The notes under the pieces are model-generated. The model was given only the letters and a program-made list of their open reading frames with translations. It was not told the origin of the DNA and made no database searches. From Candidatus Helarchaeota archaeon (GTDB lineage Archaea; Asgardarchaeota; Lokiarchaeia; Helarchaeales; RDOG01), in contig JAHPZH010000005.1 in the NCBI GenBank assembly GCA_019058315.1, positions 320,601 through 384,600 on the forward strand: DNA of 64,000 bases. The letters run 5' to 3'. Each line of letters opens with the position of its first letter. Positions within the stretch are counted from its first letter, which is position 1. Shown piece after piece: positions 58,518-64,000 of this stretch. Both the position numbers and the translations under genes were made by a program.

Positions 58518-61500
58518 TCAACTATTATCTACCCAAGGAAGTTGATTACTAGGTCTACTCTCGACTGCCCCATCTCTACTTTTTGATCTTCTTTTAAAAA
58601 CTACAATTCCAATTATTATCGCACCAGCGATAGCACCAATTATGCTAAGCATTAATGGGGATAATAAGGAACTGAGCATTTCATTTCTTCCTTGTGCCAT
58701 TAATGCTAATAACCACAATGGAAATCCAATTCTGACAATCTCTGCGGGTATCATAATTTGATCATAATTTATACTTTCATTGTTCCCACTCGTATCATTT
58801 ACCCAAATTGAGTAATTTATTACAGTCCAAGCTGGCAATTTAGGAAAAGTAAAATTCCAATAGCCGTCTTGAATAGTTCCAGAAACAAAATTCATTGAAT
58901 ACTCAGTCATAGTCCCAGTATGGTTTGAGAAGATCAAAACTTTATCCACACCAACATTTTCAGTAATATGCACTGTTATAGTTACATTATCCTTTGGAGT
59001 ATAATAAAATGGACTAATAGAGGTTGAATTTATGTTTGGACTCTCACCATCCCTAATTACATATTGATATGGTCCATCACTATCCGTATTAAAATATAAA
59101 TCCGTTGCATATATTTGATAAACGATAGTTGTCCCTGTAGTATTGGCAGGAATTGTATAATTAAAATACCCGTCTTGAACAGTACCAGAAAGAAAGTCCA
59201 TTGGATAAATGTCTACTACTCCACTATAGTTTGAAATGAGGAATACATCAAATATAACGTAATTATCTGTAATATGTGCAGTAATATTTACGATATCTAT
59301 ATTAGTGGGGTTGATTGGATAGCGGGAAACAGAAGTTATATTGGGAGCCTCACCATCACCTACCGTATATTGATATGGACCATCGGAGGCGATATTATTA
59401 CTTGAATCATTCACCAAAATTGAATAAATTATTGTTGTTTCAAATGGAGAAACGGGGATAGTATAATTCCAATACCCATCTTGGTTACCTCCCGACAAAG
59501 GATCCATGGTATAATTTATTGTTACACCAGTATGGTTGGAATTGATCAATATAATATCCACTCCGACATTTTCGGTAACATGAACAGTAATATTTACCGT
59601 ATCGAATTGATTTGGAAACGTTGGGTCTCTGGAAACCGAAGTTATATTTGGATTTTCATTATCACGAACAATATATTGATAAGGTCCATCAATAACAGAA
59701 TTATTACTGGTATCATTTGCCCAAATTAGATAGGTTATTGTTGTTCCAGCAGGATACTTAGGGATAGTATAATTCCAATAACCATCCTGTTCATCCCCTG
59801 AAAGTAGATCCATTGGATAATATAATGGGGTTCCGGTATGATTTGAATTGATCAATGCTATATCGACTTCTAAGTTATCGGTAATATGAGCTGTAATATT
59901 AACTTCATCTAGATTGCCTGGATTTGTAGGGTATTTCAAGACTGAGGTAATATTAGGTTTTTTAAAATCGTAAGTCATATTTACATACATTATTTCGGTA
60001 TCTGTTCCCCACTGACCATCTGTAAAGTCGAACCAAACTACATGAAGGTTCGCATTATTATCTATCGTAATGTCTGGATACCAGCTATCGTCAATATTCC
60101 AAAGCGTATTATCATCCGAAATTACTGTCGCATTGGTCCAGCTTGAATAGGAATTAGTTGAGTACATTATTTCTACATCTGTTCCCCATTCCCCATCTGT
60201 ATAATCATACCAAACAACATGCACTTTTGATTCATTGTCGACAGTTAAGCTTGGAAATAGGCTCGAATCATCATTCCAACCTAAATTATCATCTGAAATG
60301 ACTGTGGCATTAGACCAACCAGTAATAGTACAATTTATATACATTATTTCCGCATCAGTCCCCCATTGACCGTCTGTATAATCATACCAGACTACATGTA
60401 AATTAGTATTATCATCTGAAACAATTTTTGGTGCTGAACTACTCCCAGTGTTCCATGAGTTGATATCAATTCCAGAAATTGCAGTGGCATTGGACCAGAC
60501 CGAACCAGTACGATTCACATACATTATCTCCGAGTCAGTACCCCATTCATCGGGTGAGCTTGTATCATCTTTCCACACTACATGTATATTATCATTTTTA
60601 TCTACGACAATACTTGGATTCTCACTCCAACCTGTATTCCATCTGTTGTTATCATCCGAAATCACTGTTGCATTCGACCATCCAGAGGTTGTTGTATAAT
60701 TTGTGTACATTATTTCGTCATCTGTACCCCATTCTAAAATAGAATCTGTACTATCTTCCCAGACAACATGAACATTTTCATTATTATCTACAGCTATAGA
60801 AGGATTAATGCTTTCACCATCATTCCAATTGTTAGTATTATCTGAAATTACTGTTGCATTAGTCCAACCTTTGCCGATTGTGTAATTCACATACATAATT
60901 TCGGTATCTGTTCCCCACTCAGCAAACGAATCTGTCTCGTCTTGCCAGACCACATGTATATTGTCATTATTATCTATAACTATTTTAGGTCGGGTACTAT
61001 TTCCATCATTCCATTGAGTACTATCATCTGAAATTACAATCGCATTTGACCAACCAGAACTAACGGTAAAATTTGCGTACATGATTTCAATATCGTTTCC
61101 CCATTGATTCCAAGCACCATTCGTATCGTCTTCCCATACAACATGTAAATTACCATTACTATCTGTGGTTATACTGGGATATCGACTTTCATCATCATTT
61201 TCCCATGGAATAATTCCAATTTTGTCTGATATCACTGTAGCATTAGTCCAACTTGCTACAGAATTATTTGTATACATAATTTCAATGTCGGTGCCCCATT
61301 CTGTAATTGTATAATCCTGCCATACTACATGTATTACTGAATTATTATCTATAACAGTCACGGGATAGCAACTTATACCGTTATTCCAACCATTACTGCC
61401 CGCTGAAATTACAGTAGCATTAGACCATCCACTTGTATAGTTTGCATACATTATTTCCTCATCACTTCCCCACTCTCCAATCGTTCCATCAAACCATACA

Positions 61501-62687
61501 ACATGTAAAACTCCATTTTCATCTGTAATAATATCAGGGTTCAAACTCCAACCATCATTCCAACCCGTAATGTCATCAGAAACTAAAGTTGCATTTGACC
61601 ATCCAGATACGGTATAATTTACATATAATATTTCGATATCATTCCCCCATTCACCATTAGTCTCATCCCACCATACAACATGAATATTACTGTTATTATC
61701 TATACAAATACTTGGATCTGCGCTTTGAAAATCATTCCATTTAAAACTATCATCTGATATTACTGTGGCGTTTGACCAACCCATTGCTGTTGTGTAATTC
61801 GCATACATGATTTCTTTATCTGTTCCCCATTCACCATCAGTAATATCTTCCCAGACGACATGGATATTGTCATTTTTATCAATAGCAATATCAGGCTCAT
61901 AACTACCGCCGTCATTCCATCCATAGACATCCGAAATCACGGTCGCGTTGGACCACCCCGTAGCAGTATAATTTACATACATTATTTCTGTATCAACCCC
62001 CCATTCACCATCAGTAAAATCTTCCCATACTACATGTAAATTTCCATTATTGTCAGTAGCGATTTGAGGAAGATTACTATCTAAATCATTCCATCCATAT
62101 AGATCGGAAATAACAGTCACATTTGTCCAACCCGAAATAGAACTATAATTTACATACATTATTTCTGAATCTGTTCCCCACTCACCATCAGTATGATCTT
62201 CCCATACTACATGAACTACCCCGTTCTTATCAATAGCAATGCTTGGATCTTCACAATATCCATTATTCCAACCTGTATAATCGTCTGATATAACGGTCGC
62301 ATTAGACCAACCCGCTGTAATTGTGTGGTTAGCATACATTATCTCTGCATCTGTTCCCCATTCACCATTTGTATCATCCATCCATACTACATGTAAAGTA
62401 CTTTCATTATCGATGGCGATACTTGGAGAATAACTATGATCTCTATTCCATCCAGCAATAATATCAATGGAATCCGAGACGACAGTTGCATTAGACCATA
62501 TTGAAGTAGATGTCTTTAAATCAAAATATTCATCATCAATTGTGGAAAAAGGCATAACTATAGATAAAGGTGTATTAAGAGAGGGATAATACATAACCCC
62601 GCTTAAAAATGAAAAGAATATAATTTGAGATAATATGATATGAAATAATAGATTTTTATTAAATTTCCTTTTTATCTTCATTTCCAA
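58518..62687 (-). CDS. Large membrane-anchored surface glycoprotein: 14 propeller-like repeats plus 4 Ig-like repeats
   Basis: 14 HVVW-containing ~60-aa repeats, 4 ~100-aa PNI(T/N)S..QDGY(W/F)N(Y/F)T repeats, N-terminal hydrophobic segment, C-terminal TM followed by KRRSK. Confidence 0.88.
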   Translation of the reverse strand: MEMKIKRKFNKNLLFHIILSQIIFFSFLSGVMYYPSLNTPLSIVMPFSTIDDEYFDLKTSTSIWSNATVVSDSIDIIAGWNRDHSYSPSIAIDNESTLHVVWMDDTNGEWGTDAEIMYANHTITAGWSNATVISDDYTGWNNGYCEDPSIAIDKNGVVHVVWEDHTDGEWGTDSEIMYVNYSSISGWTNVTVISDLYGWNDLDSNLPQIATDNNGNLHVVWEDFTDGEWGVDTEIMYVNYTATGWSNATVISDVYGWNDGGSYEPDIAIDKNDNIHVVWEDITDGEWGTDKEIMYANYTTAMGWSNATVISDDSFKWNDFQSADPSICIDNNSNIHVVWWDETNGEWGNDIEILYVNYTVSGWSNATLVSDDITGWNDGWSLNPDIITDENGVLHVVWFDGTIGEWGSDEEIMYANYTSGWSNATVISAGSNGWNNGISCYPVTVIDNNSVIHVVWQDYTITEWGTDIEIMYTNNSVASWTNATVISDKIGIIPWENDDESRYPSITTDSNGNLHVVWEDDTNGAWNQWGNDIEIMYANFTVSSGWSNAIVISDDSTQWNDGNSTRPKIVIDNNDNIHVVWQDETDSFAEWGTDTEIMYVNYTIGKGWTNATVISDNTNNWNDGESINPSIAVDNNENVHVVWEDSTDSILEWGTDDEIMYTNYTTTSGWSNATVISDDNNRWNTGWSENPSIVVDKNDNIHVVWKDDTSSPDEWGTDSEIMYVNRTGSVWSNATAISGIDINSWNTGSSSAPKIVSDDNTNLHVVWYDYTDGQWGTDAEIMYINCTITGWSNATVISDDNLGWNDDSSLFPSLTVDNESKVHVVWYDYTDGEWGTDVEIMYSTNSYSSWTNATVISDDNTLWNIDDSWYPDITIDNNANLHVVWFDFTDGQWGTDTEIMYVNMTYDFKKPNITSVLKYPTNPGNLDEVNITAHITDNLEVDIALINSNHTGTPLYYPMDLLSGDEQDGYWNYTIPKYPAGTTITYLIWANDTSNNSVIDGPYQYIVRDNENPNITSVSRDPTFPNQFDTVNITVHVTENVGVDIILINSNHTGVTINYTMDPLSGGNQDGYWNYTIPVSPFETTIIYSILVNDSSNNIASDGPYQYTVGDGEAPNITSVSRYPINPTNIDIVNITAHITDNYVIFDVFLISNYSGVVDIYPMDFLSGTVQDGYFNYTIPANTTGTTIVYQIYATDLYFNTDSDGPYQYVIRDGESPNINSTSISPFYYTPKDNVTITVHITENVGVDKVLIFSNHTGTMTEYSMNFVSGTIQDGYWNFTFPKLPAWTVINYSIWVNDTSGNNESINYDQIMIPAEIVRIGFPLWLLALMAQGRNEMLSSLLSPLMLSIIGAIAGAIIIGIVVFKRRSKSRDGAVESRPSNQLPWVDNS
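59970..62500 (-). repeat. Coding tandem repeat, ~180-nt unit x14
   Basis: Recurrent WSNATVISDD..WN...S..P.I..D....HVVW.D.T.GEWG.D.EIMY.NYT; boundaries approximate. Confidence 0.85.
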
Positions 62688-62848
62688 TGGATCTTTTATA
62701 TTATTAAATTTCAGAATATATACCCCCGATTTTATATCTTTTCCATTAATCCTTTTTAATCAATATTTTGTTAATATTTTATTTAAATACCTTGCATTAA
62801 TTTTATTCATTAATTTTGTTGATATATACAAAGCAATTTTAAAAAGTA

Positions 62849-63526
62849 TTAGATAATAGGGTTTGTAAGGTTAATATTAAGAAAATGCAGAAAGAATTCT
62901 TCAAAAGAGTCGAAAAATTCTCTATATAATGCTGGATACATCCGGACCCATCGTACAAGGCGTTCTTTTCCACCAATTATCATGGTTTCTTCATTTGGGA
63001 CTCCCCCAAAATGTAATAAAGCGTCTAAATTAATAAATTCGGGTTCAAAGTTATAAAAATCTATTCTATTATCCGCCCTTATAACTATGTCTAGACTTCT
63101 GTTAATCCCCAGCCTGTTTCTTAACTTATGGACTCCACGAACCTCCCGATTGAACTTAAAAATAAGGAATTTTACCCCATATTTATTATATCCTTCCATG
63201 CAATAAGCCAATTCTGGGTAGGATTGGGTAATATTATTGCGAATCACCTTCGTTCCTTTTAACATCAAGCTGTAAATTATATCCTGCAATTGTAGCACTT
63301 TTCGCTTGAGTTTAAGTTTTATGTTACATGTCACATCTTCTTGCCTTATATGGGTTATATGAAGTTTAAAAGCGCTATTTTTATCTTTTTTCAAGAAAAT
63401 TGAGGTATCAAAGCTAATTGAGTTATAGAGGTAGGGTGTCTTGGTCTTAAATACTTTGTGCCAATTTACGTGGTGGGTAAGCAAGAATATAGTACCTGTA
63501 TTTCGTGCTATCTTTTTAATTTTCAA
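62849..63526 (-). CDS. Hypothetical protein, possibly 5'-truncated
   Basis: 225-codon ORF with no recognised motif; TTG start directly preceded by in-frame TGA at the junction with the TnpB-like relic. Confidence 0.5.
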   Translation of the reverse strand: MKIKKIARNTGTIFLLTHHVNWHKVFKTKTPYLYNSISFDTSIFLKKDKNSAFKLHITHIRQEDVTCNIKLKLKRKVLQLQDIIYSLMLKGTKVIRNNITQSYPELAYCMEGYNKYGVKFLIFKFNREVRGVHKLRNRLGINRSLDIVIRADNRIDFYNFEPEFINLDALLHFGGVPNEETMIIGGKERLVRWVRMYPALYREFFDSFEEFFLHFLNINLTNPII

Positions 63527-64000
63527 TCAATTAGACGATCTTATGAGAGAGTTTGGGAATATCTATAACCAATATTTGGAACATTGGAACAAATCTGGCA
63601 GACACTCTAAAACTTTTCTTGAGAAATGTCAAGTAAAAGCGAATATATTGGCAAATACTAGGCAATGTTGCCGGGATGTGGCTAATGAATCGATAAAATC
63701 ATACTTAGCAAAGCGAAAAGCAGACTCCCGTGCAAGCCCACCGAGTCTTGTAAATGGATTAATGACTTCCCGTCTATAATTATAGAGAAGGATATAAGAT
63801 TTTAGCAAAAAATCGAGTTAGAATTAGCGTGAGAAAGAATGAAAGGTTGGTTTTGGAATTTTTAGGCTCAAAGCTACACATGACGTTGGTCGAGCTTGGA
63901 CTTGCAGAAACTCTGAAATTTGGAGCTGCAAATTTAAAAAAAATGGGTAAAAAATATTATTTGATTGTTAATATGGACTTAGGAAAAAAACCGATATTTG
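63525..64000 (+). mobile_element. Degenerate TnpB-like (IS200/IS605 OrfB) relic, frameshifted, runs off right edge
   Basis: QLDDLMREFGNIYNQYL...RDVANESIKSYLAKRK...P then, after a frameshift near 63775, NYREGYKI..NRVRISVRKNERL...KFGAANLKKMGKKYYLIV; resembles TnpB REC/WED region; RuvC not visible in window. Confidence 0.55.

Noticed and set aside
51780-62500. Periodic repeats as a CRISPR array or diversity-generating retroelement
   Set aside because: The repeats are degenerate, in frame and protein-coding; no identical direct repeats with spacers, cas genes or reverse transcriptase are present.
63527-63529. In-frame TGA before the 62849..63526 start as another Sec codon
   Set aside because: The upstream sequence is antisense TnpB-like DNA, there is no Cys/redox context, and no SECIS-like hairpin was seen downstream.
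1-64000. tRNA or rRNA genes
   Set aside because: Intergenic regions are short and very AT-rich; no cloverleaf or rRNA-like segment was recognised by eye. A tRNAscan/Infernal run would be needed to be certain.

Overview
AT-rich archaeal chromosomal segment, most likely from an Asgard archaeon (Lokiarchaeia/Helarchaeales-like). This assignment is inferred from ribosomal protein eS25, two WSPLR-type histones, a longin-like protein, stand-alone 7TM proteins and many acyl-CoA metabolism paralogs. Contents in order: C1 metabolism genes (folD, glyA); two clusters of 2-hydroxyacyl-CoA dehydratase/benzoyl-CoA-reductase-family subunits (6 alpha-like, 2 beta-like, 1 activator); a GlcD-HdrD pair; a minimal ArcS-like plus RaSEA-like pair opposite a wHTH regulator; a divergent histone pair next to queEDC; a CooS-V-like atypical CODH; acyl-CoA ligases; metal-handling genes; two repeat-rich surface proteins; several gene remnants; and a frameshifted TnpB-like relic at the right edge. 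The strongest novel signal is at 35014-35488 (minus strand). A MoaD/SAMP-like (ubiquitin-fold) ORF ends in Gly-Cys, followed by two tandem in-frame UGA codons, a 34-codon protein-like open extension, and a kink-turn hairpin of the eukaryote/Loki SECIS type that overlaps the final stop. This is a candidate unannotated selenoprotein with a G-C-U-U motif. No rRNA, tRNA or CRISPR array was recognised. All calls come from reading motifs by eye; no searches were run.
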